IMG/VR virus record: IMGVR_UViG_3300027852_000033
Span: 1-64,000 of that record
Length of the DNA: 64,000 nt
Source of the DNA: a virus
Direction: 5' to 3' (one strand)
Shown here: positions 48,777-59,617 of the stretch, one piece after another
Layout of the letters: the number at the start of each line of letters is the position of its first letter
Numbering within the stretch: the stretch's first letter is position 1
Position numbers and translations under genes: made by a program
The notes under the pieces: generated by a model
What the model was told of the DNA's origin: nothing
Databases searched by the model: none
The model's input: the letters and a program-made list of their open reading frames with translations, nothing else

Positions 48777-51197
48777 ATGAGTTTAGAAGAATTTAATGGA
48801 GTAAGATCAGAAATAAATGATGCAGGAACTCCACCTGCGGCCATAACTATATCCAGAAATGGTACTTTTATATTTGGAACAGCCAGTGCTGGGCCAATGA
48901 ATGTTCCTATCAGACCAACTCCGGAAAATGTTAGAAGGTTGTTTGGTGAAGTGCCAACAGATGCATCTTTTGATACATCAGTAGTCAGAGGATATTATGA
49001 ATATGTAAATTCATCCAAAAATAAAGCTGATGTTGCTTTGGTTAGAGTTGGTAATGTAGACAGAGCAAAAATTGAGTTGTACGAAAATACTGTACATTTA
49101 TCTGGCGATCTTAGTTATTCTCTAATAGATGGGCATCCAGCAGAATCAATGTGGATAGAAGCTATTCCTGATGGAGCGCTATATAATAAAACAAAGGTCA
49201 CTGTAACTGAAGATACTAGCAATGAACCTACCTATTTTAAAATTGAACTACCGGATGGAACATCTAAAGGCTGGAATCTTTCATTAAATCCATCCGCGCC
49301 AGGTGTTATAACTGGAGTAGCCGATTTAGTTAATCTAATAAATAACGAGAGTGAATTTGAAAACAAAATCATGGCTGGCTATACCCCAATCCTGAAAGAG
49401 ATAGACCTTACTATAATAGAAACTAGTGGGGTAATAGAAATATCATATGATCTTGGACCAACTATAGCCACTGCTAATGAATCTTGGGGTAATAAATTAC
49501 AAGGAATACAGAGTGCATATCAAGCAAAAGATGTAGAATATATGGCAGAAGCTGGCGATCTTATATCTATCCTTGATACAATACCGGAAAAATCACTAAC
49601 TGGTCCCGGTACTATGGATGATTTTATCAGAGTATCAAATATGGAATCAGTATTAACTGTAACCCCAACTTATGCAAACCAAAGTAATTTGGAACGTGAC
49701 TTGTATTGCAATTCGGTAACTGGATGGGATAATTCTTATTTAATTTCCGGAAGTGTAACCCATGATTGGGCATTTAAGTTATATGTAAAAAGAAATGGCG
49801 CATCTGTTTATACTGAGTTAGAAGAAACTACTCATTATACTCTTAATACTACCACTGCTAAATTAACAATAGTAGAAACTACAAATCTCGGCGATGTTTA
49901 TTATGTATCTTATAGGTACCAGATAAGTTATGCAGAAGCTAAATTAAAATCTGATTTGGTAGATGGCGATGACCGTATGTATTTTATTTCAGGTAATAAC
50001 ATTATATTTGGTGCAGAACAACCAACTGATACTTATATATACTATAATGCAAATGTATATTTTGAGAGTGCCGATATTGAAATTAGTGACTACAATACTG
50101 CTACAATAGAGTTTATTAACGGATCTAACTTACCGGATCCTACTTTAACAGTTACTTTGGAATTACTTGTCGAACCAGAATTACCGGCTATAACCAGTCA
50201 AGTTTTACCAGGTAGTGTCATACAACCTGGCGCTTTATCAGGTGGTAGTGATGGTAGTACAATGACTAAATCTAAATTTACTGAAGCAGTTAAAGCAGCT
50301 TTTGTATCTGTAGATCTTTATCCTAGGAAAAACAATGTAGTCATGGGACTATACTTGGATGATGTAACTGCGGGTTATAATGATGAAACAGGTTTAGCAG
50401 AAAATAAACCAGTGAATATGCATGCTGCCATATTGCCATATATAGATAGATCGTCTAATCTTGTTAGTGAATGTGTACTTGAAGTTCCGGTTAGACCATT
50501 GGCTGATTTAGACCAATCATCTATCAATACTTGGTTAACCTCTCTAACAGAGAATTCTGATAGTGATCTAAATAGACCGGCTAATTTAATAGATGGTATA
50601 AACAATTTTAGAGCAGAAGCTCCCCTTGGAGTATTTATCACTTCAATATCAGAGATTAATAGCGGTAGAAAGTACTTTATGAATCCTGCTACTTTATATG
50701 CTGCATATAAACAGGATATGCCATATAATGAATCAGCTACTCATGGCTTTATACCAGGAAATGTACAGGATCTTGGGGTAAAAATATTTAATGGGGAAAC
50801 AATAGGTAAACTAAATGCTAAACGATATACTTCGGCTATAGTAGATTATGGTGAACGTGCAATATGGGCAGATGGCCCTACATTAGCCATAGCTGGAAGG
50901 TCTCAATTTGACAGGCAATTTGTAAGAGATACTACATATTTAGCAGTTGGTATAGCAAGAGAAGTAGCCGAAAAGTATATAGGTAAACCTAGACTTCCTA
51001 TGTATTTGATAGCAATGAAAAAGGATATTTCAAAAGCGCTTGGTATGTTGGTACCAGATGCATTATCTGATTTCTTTGTTAGTCTTATCCCTGTAGAAGA
51101 TGGATATATAACAGGGAATACCAAAATAGGACTATTTTTAGTAACTGCTAAAGAAATACGGAAAGTTACTATAGAAACTTCAATTAGTTTAATATAG
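48777..51197 (+). CDS. Contractile tail sheath protein
   Basis: IFGTASAGP.NVP, R.FG, VRVG, LSGGSDG, YIGKP, EIRKV.I. Confidence 0.85.
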   Translation: MSLEEFNGVRSEINDAGTPPAAITISRNGTFIFGTASAGPMNVPIRPTPENVRRLFGEVPTDASFDTSVVRGYYEYVNSSKNKADVALVRVGNVDRAKIELYENTVHLSGDLSYSLIDGHPAESMWIEAIPDGALYNKTKVTVTEDTSNEPTYFKIELPDGTSKGWNLSLNPSAPGVITGVADLVNLINNESEFENKIMAGYTPILKEIDLTIIETSGVIEISYDLGPTIATANESWGNKLQGIQSAYQAKDVEYMAEAGDLISILDTIPEKSLTGPGTMDDFIRVSNMESVLTVTPTYANQSNLERDLYCNSVTGWDNSYLISGSVTHDWAFKLYVKRNGASVYTELEETTHYTLNTTTAKLTIVETTNLGDVYYVSYRYQISYAEAKLKSDLVDGDDRMYFISGNNIIFGAEQPTDTYIYYNANVYFESADIEISDYNTATIEFINGSNLPDPTLTVTLELLVEPELPAITSQVLPGSVIQPGALSGGSDGSTMTKSKFTEAVKAAFVSVDLYPRKNNVVMGLYLDDVTAGYNDETGLAENKPVNMHAAILPYIDRSSNLVSECVLEVPVRPLADLDQSSINTWLTSLTENSDSDLNRPANLIDGINNFRAEAPLGVFITSISEINSGRKYFMNPATLYAAYKQDMPYNESATHGFIPGNVQDLGVKIFNGETIGKLNAKRYTSAIVDYGERAIWADGPTLAIAGRSQFDRQFVRDTTYLAVGIAREVAEKYIGKPRLPMYLIAMKKDISKALGMLVPDALSDFFVSLIPVEDGYITGNTKIGLFLVTAKEIRKVTIETSISLI

Positions 51198-51213
51198 AAT
51201 ATAGGGGGATAAT

Positions 51214-51909
51214 ATGGGAGCTGAAGCAAGTGGAACCGGAATATCAAAGAGTTTTGTAAAAACATATTCCACTTTTAGTGGAGTAGATATAACCGCATTA
51301 TTTGATGACATGACTCTTATGACTGTGCAAGGAATAGCGGTTTCAATAACCAGAGAAAAAGTGCCGGTATATGTATTTGGCAGGTCTAGACCAGTATCAA
51401 TATCCAGAGGTAAAAGAGGTATAGCTGGTACTCTTCAATTTGTGTTATTTGATAGAGATGCACTTTATGCACTAACTGATGATCCTGATCATTGGTACTA
51501 TGCACATGCAGATGAAGTAGATTGGTTAACAAATCAAGTTAATTATGCGGATTATCATGCCGAAGTAAATGGTGCAAATCCCGCAGTTGCGGCTTCGGTT
51601 AGGAGCAGACCGGATTATATGGACCAAGTATGGCCGTTTGATGTAACACTCATAGCCCAAAATGAATATGGGCATGGTGCTTGGAGTGCTATAATAGGGC
51701 TTGAAATTATAAATGAAGGTGGAGGTATATCTATGGATGACCTTACCAATGAGGAACAAGCAACTTATATAGCCATACACCGAACACCGTGGTCACCATT
51801 AGAGGACGCATGGTCGGGAGAAGAACAGGCAATGTCTTATGAGGCAGCTTCCGCGGTACTTACACCCGAAGGAACAATTGGGATTGGGACCCCACCTCAA
51901 GGCGGTTAA
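51214..51909 (+). CDS. Tail tube protein
   Basis: TFSGVDI...SITREK.PVY.FG...SRGKRGIAGTL.F...PFD.T...NEYG; follows the sheath gene. Confidence 0.8.
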   Translation: MGAEASGTGISKSFVKTYSTFSGVDITALFDDMTLMTVQGIAVSITREKVPVYVFGRSRPVSISRGKRGIAGTLQFVLFDRDALYALTDDPDHWYYAHADEVDWLTNQVNYADYHAEVNGANPAVAASVRSRPDYMDQVWPFDVTLIAQNEYGHGAWSAIIGLEIINEGGGISMDDLTNEEQATYIAIHRTPWSPLEDAWSGEEQAMSYEAASAVLTPEGTIGIGTPPQGG

Positions 51910-51994
51910 TAAGTAAATATATTTTTAATATATATATTGTAAAAAATAATGTTTCCCTCCTTCCTTTTCCGCTAGACATTATAGTCTAGTAACT

Positions 51995-52022
51995 AAAGGG
52001 GACCTTCGGGTCCCCTTTTTTT
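51995..52022 (+). terminator. Intrinsic terminator with UUCG loop
   Basis: AAAGGGGACC-TTCG-GGTCCCCTTTTTTT. Confidence 0.9.
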
Positions 52023-52071
52023 GTTTACGTTTTTGTGATATAATTAATCAAAACTACTTTGAGAGGATAAT

Positions 52072-53442
52072 ATGGGTACTGGTTCAAAAGCACTGGATAG
52101 TGTATACAACGGGAATATCGGGGGTACAATATATGACCCAAAATATGGAGACCTTCTCAACTATCCTGAAAGTTTAGTAATTGGAGATCAATTATTTCCT
52201 ATGCTATTTATATATTATTATGATGAGAAATCCGGGCGCAAAGTGGATCGTGAAAAATTAAAGGAAGGATTGATTCAGTTAACAAAAGATATTATAGAGT
52301 ATAAAGGAGGGAAAGATACAAAATACAGTGAAAAACAGCGTAATGATTATATGGCTGATTTTCTAAAATATTCATCTAAATGGAGAAGAGCATTTGAGGA
52401 TGGGGTTAATAAAAACCCTACATTTTTATGGCAGTTGGCTAATACTGTAGTAAACCTTATGAATAGATATAAAACCAGGATACCAAGTTCAAAGGGAGAA
52501 TACTACCAAAAGGGGACTGGGAAAAATAAGAAGTTTAGTTATTTTCCAATGATAGAAGCTAATAGTCCAGATGCGCTATATGATACTATGGAAACCCTTA
52601 AGATATTATATGAAAACGACATAATAGGATATGATCATAAAATAGGGATAAGGCCAATAAATTTATTCACTGGCGATTTCGCCAAAGATATGAGATATGT
52701 TATAGATGGTATGGAAACTGCCAGAATGCTTGGTCTTCCGGGACAAGGTCTATTTACAGTAAATAATATGCCGAAAACATCATGGATGTATCATACTTTT
52801 TCTGGGGTTGATATAAAAGCTACCGCCTCTTTAAATACTACTGTATCTGAACTAAGTGGACTAACCAGTTTATCATGGTCACTACATAAAGGAAAAACTA
52901 CACAGCGGCCACTTGGAAAAACTAGTCCTGCCGGAAGGGCCAGTGGATCTAGAACCATAGCTGGTACTATGATATTTGCACTATCTGATCACCATCCTTT
53001 ACTAGATATTATACCAAGTGATTACCCTGTAACAAATAAACTATCTATACTAAATGATCCTAGAGCATGGCGCCCAATGATGTTAGCTGACCAAATACCA
53101 CCATTCGATATAAATTTAATACTAACAAATGAATATGGATTTGCATCAATAGTTACCTTGTATGGAGTAGAAGTGATGGATGAAAGCTGTGTATATGGAG
53201 TGGATAATCTTATTAATGAATTAGTTATCCAATATGTTGCAGTTACTATGGATCCCATAGTTCAAGTAGAATTGGATGAAAATGGTTTCATTGATCCGTA
53301 TGGATTGCTACAAGGCGGGTATTCTAAATTCTTCGAACATAGAGAAATGGTAGCCCAAGGCATTGCTTACTCTGACCTTGAAGAGAAATACGAAGAATAT
53401 TATGATACTGTGTTCGATGTTCTGAATCGGCAAAGAAATTAA
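52072..53442 (+). CDS. Tail-tube paralog with N-terminal extension
   Basis: TFSGVDI...GSRTIAGTMIF...DQIPPFDI...NEYG. Confidence 0.75.
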   Translation: MGTGSKALDSVYNGNIGGTIYDPKYGDLLNYPESLVIGDQLFPMLFIYYYDEKSGRKVDREKLKEGLIQLTKDIIEYKGGKDTKYSEKQRNDYMADFLKYSSKWRRAFEDGVNKNPTFLWQLANTVVNLMNRYKTRIPSSKGEYYQKGTGKNKKFSYFPMIEANSPDALYDTMETLKILYENDIIGYDHKIGIRPINLFTGDFAKDMRYVIDGMETARMLGLPGQGLFTVNNMPKTSWMYHTFSGVDIKATASLNTTVSELSGLTSLSWSLHKGKTTQRPLGKTSPAGRASGSRTIAGTMIFALSDHHPLLDIIPSDYPVTNKLSILNDPRAWRPMMLADQIPPFDINLILTNEYGFASIVTLYGVEVMDESCVYGVDNLINELVIQYVAVTMDPIVQVELDENGFIDPYGLLQGGYSKFFEHREMVAQGIAYSDLEEKYEEYYDTVFDVLNRQRN

Positions 53443-53460
53443 TTAGGATAACTTCTTTAG

Positions 53461-53685
53461 TTACCAATATGGCTTTTTTGTATCTGATGCATGTGATAGT
53501 TGTACTTTCTTCTCAAGTTTTAAATCATCTGGGTCAAGATAAAATACTGGGCCGCGGAACCCACATGCGCACCATATACCATATGTATCTTTGTAGCCCT
53601 CTGGTCCATGTAATTCATGTCCGCACTCTTTTTCAAGATACGAATATGGGCAGTTATACAAAGAGTAATCTGCCTGATTTTTCAT
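53461..53685 (-). CDS. Small Cys-containing protein
   Basis: AAGGAG RBS. Confidence 0.6.
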   Translation of the reverse strand: MKNQADYSLYNCPYSYLEKECGHELHGPEGYKDTYGIWCACGFRGPVFYLDPDDLKLEKKVQLSHASDTKKPYW

Positions 53686-53690
53686 TGATA

Positions 53691-54005
53691 CTACTCCTTA
53701 TTTGTATGAATTGTCTGATCCAATTTTGGTGGTAAGTTTTCAGGACCTTTTCCGCCATCGGGAATATTTACATGTTCAAAATTGGGAGACTCCATTAATG
53801 GTTCTTTGCTCAAAACTATTAATCGGCTAACATCCAACCAAATACCATTGGTTATTTCTCCTTCTTTACCAAGTGCTATTGATCTTACCACAGCCTGAAT
53901 ACATCCATATAAATCAAAAGATACGGAGGTTACTACTCCTTTAAAATCAGAAACTTTATCTTTTACTTCATGCCCTAATAATTCTAAATGCTTTTCGACA
54001 CTCAT
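53691..54005 (-). CDS. Hypothetical phage protein (SH3-like)
   Basis: LG..VKDKVS.FKGVV.....LYGC...W.D..RL. Confidence 0.7.
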   Translation of the reverse strand: MSVEKHLELLGHEVKDKVSDFKGVVTSVSFDLYGCIQAVVRSIALGKEGEITNGIWLDVSRLIVLSKEPLMESPNFEHVNIPDGGKGPENLPPKLDQTIHTNKE

Positions 54006-54072
54006 AAATTTACTCCTTATTTATATTGTTTTATCTAATTTGCAAGTAAAAAATAATCTGCTTATTTTTTCA

Positions 54073-54354
54073 TTACCCCTCCTTTTTTTGTCTTTTTACT
54101 TCCTTCTTTGCACTATGAATACGAACAGTTGCTCGTATCAATAATGTTAAAGGTAACAACGCAAGACATACTAAAATAGTGATGCCAACTCTCAAACTTG
54201 TGACGAAATGACACATCACCTCATACAATGTTGCAAATAACTCTTTAACAAACTTACCAGTATCAAGCCGCAAAAACTCAATAATATTCATTTTGGCGAC
54301 ATTAGACTCGCAATTTCTAATTTTGCCATTATCTCTAATAAACTCTTTCTTCAT
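54073..54354 (-). CDS. Membrane protein
   Basis: Hydrophobic segment followed by a basic tail. Confidence 0.55.
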   Translation of the reverse strand: MKKEFIRDNGKIRNCESNVAKMNIIEFLRLDTGKFVKELFATLYEVMCHFVTSLRVGITILVCLALLPLTLLIRATVRIHSAKKEVKRQKKEG

Positions 54355-57300
54355 TTGTAATCCCTGATACTCCTTTATATAATTTATCTAATTCAGAAGG
54401 ATAAGTATAGTCTGCCGAATTTTCGCATTTCTTTTTAAGTACTGTAGTTTTTATTCCGGGAACTATTATTCTTTCCAGATAATTAGTAGGTATTAATTTT
54501 TTCAGTAAATTCATACGCTGTAAACCACTAGCATAAGTGGCATGCTTAATATCTTTTTCAGTACGGGGTAATGCCATATCCGATAATATAGCGTGTTCAC
54601 TACCGAATGGGTAAATAGCGATACTTAGATCCGGGATCTCTACCATATTACCTGGATCTTTTTGATGTCTTTCTCTTCTATGATAGAATTTGAAAGGAAT
54701 ATAGTCAGGTACTCCGGTCATATATCTAAACATGCCTGGAAAGGCATACGAATATATTTCACTCCCTTTCATACCGTCATGTGTTATTCTTGCATCTAAT
54801 CTTCTCACATCAATTGATTTTCCAGCAGGGCTAATCATTTGTTGTGTAGTATCATACCATGTACCTATTTCTCTATATAGTTTATGCGTTACCCTATTGA
54901 TTTCCTCTATTTTAGTCGTTACATAAGTTTGAGCATAATTATAGAACTGCATAGTAGATTTTACAAATGACAATGGGTACGCCATAAGGTCATAATATAT
55001 CATATTATATCTAAGTGTACTATAAGGCGGAATATTATCGGCCATATTTTCACTAATCTCTGTATTAACAGATGAACTTATTAAATACTTTGTAAATATA
55101 CGATTATTATACCAAGTATTATCATTGGAAGAATCATCATTGGAAGAATTAACTGTTTCTACATTCTCTGTTGGTTTTAGTCCTTTTAACATATCTTTCA
55201 TTGGTAACTGTTTATTTTTCACAAAGTTGCGCAATGAATAATTTTGTATAGAACTAGGTAACACCCTAAAATAATTATGACTTACCGTACCATCTATAGT
55301 CTTAGCTAATTGACTAGGCCGTTCATGGTAGGTCATACGCGCCTTGATTCTTGTTGGTTTAAATATAGTCTTATCCTTACTTGTTATATACCCAAACCTA
55401 TTTGTATGAGGATGATTTTCCAGATTTAGATTGTTATAATATACTTTAAATAAGTTAGGATTCCCTGCAAACATAGGCAATTTCTTTCTAAGAAATCTCA
55501 TTAGTTTCTTATCGTTATCAAACAACTTGACAATTGTTTTACGCTTACTCGTCCGTTCTTTTTCTTTCATTTTATGTATAACATTAATAAATTCTATACC
55601 ATGAACAAACTTAGTTTTTTTACTTTTCCTTATATGGTTAGCCCTTAGTATAGAAAGCTCAGGGTATCTTTTTTTATCCTTGTTATACGCAGTTCTAATT
55701 TTATCAAACAGTTTCTTATTATTACCTTTTACAAACTGTTTTCCCTCAATATATTCCCATCTATTTCTTACAGTATCTACCTTTGGTTGTGAATTATCAT
55801 AACTATAATTTGCGGCTATATAATCCTTATGTAACCCTTCTCTATCAGGCTTATTGGTAGTTATTGTAATATCTCTTGCAGGATGCATATTATCCTGTCC
55901 TAATTTTTTATACGTTAGTTTAGACGTATATCTATATCTTTTATCCCTTGTTCTAATCCAATTCCCGTTCTCTTTGATATAGAAATAATCCATATCCTTG
56001 AGCTGATCCACATAATCATGATCGATAGTAGGTATAGTTTTAGCACTTGAGTCTATCATTGCTCCTGTAACATTAACCTTCATTAATTTATGACCTGCAA
56101 GTTTTTCAAAATATTCATGGCCATATTTACGCCAAGTTCTTGTGGATACTATCATAAATGGTCCATTGAGAGCAGCATCCCATACTTTTTTTACACTCCC
56201 ATATTCCTTAACTACTTCTGAGTAATTTTTATGGGTTGTTGCATCAGCATATCCGCCATATATTAAACCACCAGTGTTCATTACCTCTATCTTCCTAACT
56301 TTAGTTTTATAAATTTTAGTAATAGGTAACCTAGTAGCGCCTGTTTTTCTACCACGCCTCATTGAATACCCATTTCGTTGTCTACATTCTTTTCTTAAAT
56401 TACGCCCGAATTTTATTACTTCTTTAAACCACCTATTGTATCCCATTATTACAAAATCTGTACGAATTCTGGTTCCATTGTAATTTAACATTTTACCAGG
56501 TTTGTCTCTCCCTTCGAAATATGGAAACATAGTTTTTAAACCCGCGTCTAGTCTATGTCTATATTCTCCACTACCTGAAGAACCTGCCCATAGAGCTATA
56601 CTAACATAATTCTTGTTAAAATATCTTTTGTAATCCTCTTTCTTAACTGATGGGCATCTTATTGGAGTTGCAAGAGACATCTCAGGATACATATCTCTAA
56701 ACGCTTCTGCGAGGTTATACATTCTACCCCACCATCTCAAAGATTTTAGCGAGCCTGTCCCTGCCATATATTTATCATAAGCTTTTAAATAACTATCTAT
56801 AGGAATATATTTTAAATACAATCCCTCCCAGTAGTCATATATGTTCATATGAGCTATAGCTTTCTGATAGTCCTTTTTTGCCTTTTCAAATTGGCCAACT
56901 GGATATTTTTTAAAGTTGGCATACTTCTTAATATTACACATTTTAGTATCCCATCTTTTATTATTGAGCTTACCTTTATAATTATAATCCCCTATATGTC
57001 CAGCTATGTACTCAGTTTCATACTCTTTAATCTTTTTGTACATACCAGCAATACTATAACTTGGAGTTTGTCTATATTTAAAACCGCTTTTATACCATTT
57101 AGGTGCAGGATGGCATAATTTAGTAAGTCTGAGTTTTGCCATGTACATTCTGGTAAATATATATACCCTAATTTTACGAAGCAGCTCACTGTTAGGATCA
57201 TTTATTAACGGACCATAAGTTAGTTTCGCCTTATTATGAAATGTTTGCCGTCTTGTTGGTCCTTTTGATGACCCTTTCATTATTTGTTTATGTTGGCGAT

Positions 57301-58159
57301 AATCCCACTCATGTTTAGACATTCTATCTTCTATAAAATTGTCATCATGCCCATAGAGTAATCTGTCATGAAATGCCCAGTCGCTTGAACTTTTTCTATA
57401 TCTTTTAAAATCATAGACATACAAAAACGGGCCATTCTTATTAGTAGTTAAAATTTTATCAAACGGTTTCTCATCTCTAAAATCATACATAATATCATCA
57501 TCGATCATACTGCAATATTCTATATTATTCTTTCTTTTCTTCCCGGCCCATACCCTATATTTCATAGGATAGTCCTCGGGATGAAATAGAGAATAATCCT
57601 TAGGAGCTACATATTTTGTACTACCTACTGTAGTATGTAACCATTTATTAGGTGCTATATCATCAAAAAAACCAAACTTTGGATTTTTATGATAACGATA
57701 CTTAAAGGTTTTATACTCATTTTCTTTTGTACGAAAATTAAATTTCCTTGGGTATACAACATTTTCTTTATTGTAAAGTAATTTACCCGCTATTTTCTTA
57801 TCAGTAATACATATACTATCTATAGTATTAGATATATCAAATCTATGTATTTTACTAAATTTAATTGCATTATTAGCGACGAAATATCCTGGGTAATAGG
57901 GTGTACAAGGACCAGCCCCACTAAAGAAAGGATCAGTTTTCAACATTCTCGCTTTTTTCCAATCTAGTCTATGTCTATTAACCCTAAAATGATATTCCAT
58001 TTTTTCACTAAATGTTTTTTGATACTGTTTATTATCTACATCTAAAGGGATAACCTTGTACTCCCAACCAAAACCATATTTGGCATATCCGGCATATCCA
58101 ATTTCAGATAATACAACAGAAAGGCCTATCAATAATACAACTTTAAATAGAGTTTTCAT
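54335..58159 (-). CDS. 1274-aa Lys/Tyr-rich protein with predicted signal peptide
   Basis: MKTLFKVVLLIGLSVVLSEIGYA; AAGGAG RBS. Confidence 0.75.
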   Translation of the reverse strand: MKTLFKVVLLIGLSVVLSEIGYAGYAKYGFGWEYKVIPLDVDNKQYQKTFSEKMEYHFRVNRHRLDWKKARMLKTDPFFSGAGPCTPYYPGYFVANNAIKFSKIHRFDISNTIDSICITDKKIAGKLLYNKENVVYPRKFNFRTKENEYKTFKYRYHKNPKFGFFDDIAPNKWLHTTVGSTKYVAPKDYSLFHPEDYPMKYRVWAGKKRKNNIEYCSMIDDDIMYDFRDEKPFDKILTTNKNGPFLYVYDFKRYRKSSSDWAFHDRLLYGHDDNFIEDRMSKHEWDYRQHKQIMKGSSKGPTRRQTFHNKAKLTYGPLINDPNSELLRKIRVYIFTRMYMAKLRLTKLCHPAPKWYKSGFKYRQTPSYSIAGMYKKIKEYETEYIAGHIGDYNYKGKLNNKRWDTKMCNIKKYANFKKYPVGQFEKAKKDYQKAIAHMNIYDYWEGLYLKYIPIDSYLKAYDKYMAGTGSLKSLRWWGRMYNLAEAFRDMYPEMSLATPIRCPSVKKEDYKRYFNKNYVSIALWAGSSGSGEYRHRLDAGLKTMFPYFEGRDKPGKMLNYNGTRIRTDFVIMGYNRWFKEVIKFGRNLRKECRQRNGYSMRRGRKTGATRLPITKIYKTKVRKIEVMNTGGLIYGGYADATTHKNYSEVVKEYGSVKKVWDAALNGPFMIVSTRTWRKYGHEYFEKLAGHKLMKVNVTGAMIDSSAKTIPTIDHDYVDQLKDMDYFYIKENGNWIRTRDKRYRYTSKLTYKKLGQDNMHPARDITITTNKPDREGLHKDYIAANYSYDNSQPKVDTVRNRWEYIEGKQFVKGNNKKLFDKIRTAYNKDKKRYPELSILRANHIRKSKKTKFVHGIEFINVIHKMKEKERTSKRKTIVKLFDNDKKLMRFLRKKLPMFAGNPNLFKVYYNNLNLENHPHTNRFGYITSKDKTIFKPTRIKARMTYHERPSQLAKTIDGTVSHNYFRVLPSSIQNYSLRNFVKNKQLPMKDMLKGLKPTENVETVNSSNDDSSNDNTWYNNRIFTKYLISSSVNTEISENMADNIPPYSTLRYNMIYYDLMAYPLSFVKSTMQFYNYAQTYVTTKIEEINRVTHKLYREIGTWYDTTQQMISPAGKSIDVRRLDARITHDGMKGSEIYSYAFPGMFRYMTGVPDYIPFKFYHRRERHQKDPGNMVEIPDLSIAIYPFGSEHAILSDMALPRTEKDIKHATYASGLQRMNLLKKLIPTNYLERIIVPGIKTTVLKKKCENSADYTYPSELDKLYKGVSGITNEERVY

Positions 58160-58371
58160 AATATTCTCCTTGATCTTTTAATTAGTTAAATATTATTATT
58201 ATATTTTAACTGTGTTTTCCAGATAATAAAAGAATAAGTTTTGAATATCAGCGGAAATAGTACAATAATGGTTAGATAGATCAAGTGGTAGGTAACAATA
58301 ACTTGTTAACAATGTGAAAATAAATAATCCCACTCCGAACGCATAGCGTGAGGTTCTGGGTATATATTAAT

Positions 58372-58636
58372 TCCTAAGCAACTTAGGATTATTATCTTAT
58401 TGTTAAGATGATAACTATCTACTAATCCCAGCTTACTTCATTTATCTGACAAGTATCTGACGAGCATAGCGAGTCGTGAGAAAATATAGCTTCCAAGTAT
58501 CTTGGAAATATTATCTTATCATCTACTATCGGGAGGATATTGTAATTTTAGAATAGCGATAACTGTTTAGATTTGCTAAAACCGGCCCTCGGTTTTAATA
58601 AATATATCTCAAGCAACTTGAGAATAATCTCTTATC
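58372..58636. repeat. Three hairpin units spaced 116-119 bp apart
   Basis: TCCTAAG-CAA-CTTAGGA (58372), TTCCAAG-TAT-CTTGGAA (58491) and TCTCAAG-CAA-CTTGAGA (58607), each followed closely by TCTTAT. Confidence 0.7.
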
Positions 58637-58956
58637 GCTCATTTGTTTATTAATAAAATCTTCCAGTTCATTCCTAACACAAGCGCATGGAAATTTTTTA
58701 GCAATTGAATATAACTATTTGGATAATTGTGTCACCTGGAGCATAGGAGCATCCCCGTTTACCTTTCCTGTATTAATCCAGGTTTTTCCATCCCCAGTCG
58801 TACTCCAACTATCACTACCCAATCCCATCCATCACTTCTCTCAAGCTGCGATCAGGTTAACAGCGATAGCGCTGCATCTGCTGGTTCTTTCATTTTCCAT
58901 AGGAAAATAAATAATATCTTACAGGTATCCTGTAATTAATATCTTATATTCATGTA

Positions 58957-59616
58957 TTACTCAGTTAAGTATTCATTGTGTTTTTTTACAAGGCCGGTGC
59001 CCCTGCAAAGTTTACAAACAATCTGGGTATTTTCTTTTGTTAAAATATACCCAGTTCCTTTACATTTAGAGCATTCGGTCATAATATCATTATATCTTTC
59101 CACAATTGTCCTCGCTTCCTTTAGTTTACTTATAGTTAAGAGAATAACCTTATCTACCGGCGATATAGGCAAACCTATTTGGGATAGTAAATAACGGCAC
59201 TCTAATCCTATGTATTGTATAATACTATTATTATATAGCTGATAGTAAATTTTGGCAATATCTATTACTGTTCTTTTAAGATCAATATTGTTGTCAATAT
59301 CATCATTCTCTAAAGTTGATATAATATCTAACATATCACTTTTTATTGTATTATTATACCCCATAATATCTTTAGACTCACACTCAGATAATACATGCAC
59401 TGCAGCTTTGTGAATAATATTAGAACTTGGAGTATTTTCTTTATTCTTATTTTTTAGTTCCCATGCTGTAACGCACCATATTATATTTAAACTAAATACA
59501 TTTTTCCATTTGATTGACAACTTATTTCTAATAATAGATACAATATATGTTATTAATATAATGCTCAAAATATAAAATACAAAGTTGAGTATTAACAAAC
59601 TGTTAATGTATTGCAT
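58957..59616 (-). CDS. Membrane-anchored protein with C-terminal DnaJ-type Zn finger
   Basis: N-terminal TM; CSKCKGTG and CKLCRGTG. Confidence 0.7.
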   Translation of the reverse strand: MQYINSLLILNFVFYILSIILITYIVSIIRNKLSIKWKNVFSLNIIWCVTAWELKNKNKENTPSSNIIHKAAVHVLSECESKDIMGYNNTIKSDMLDIISTLENDDIDNNIDLKRTVIDIAKIYYQLYNNSIIQYIGLECRYLLSQIGLPISPVDKVILLTISKLKEARTIVERYNDIMTECSKCKGTGYILTKENTQIVCKLCRGTGLVKKHNEYLTE

Positions 59617-59617
59617 A

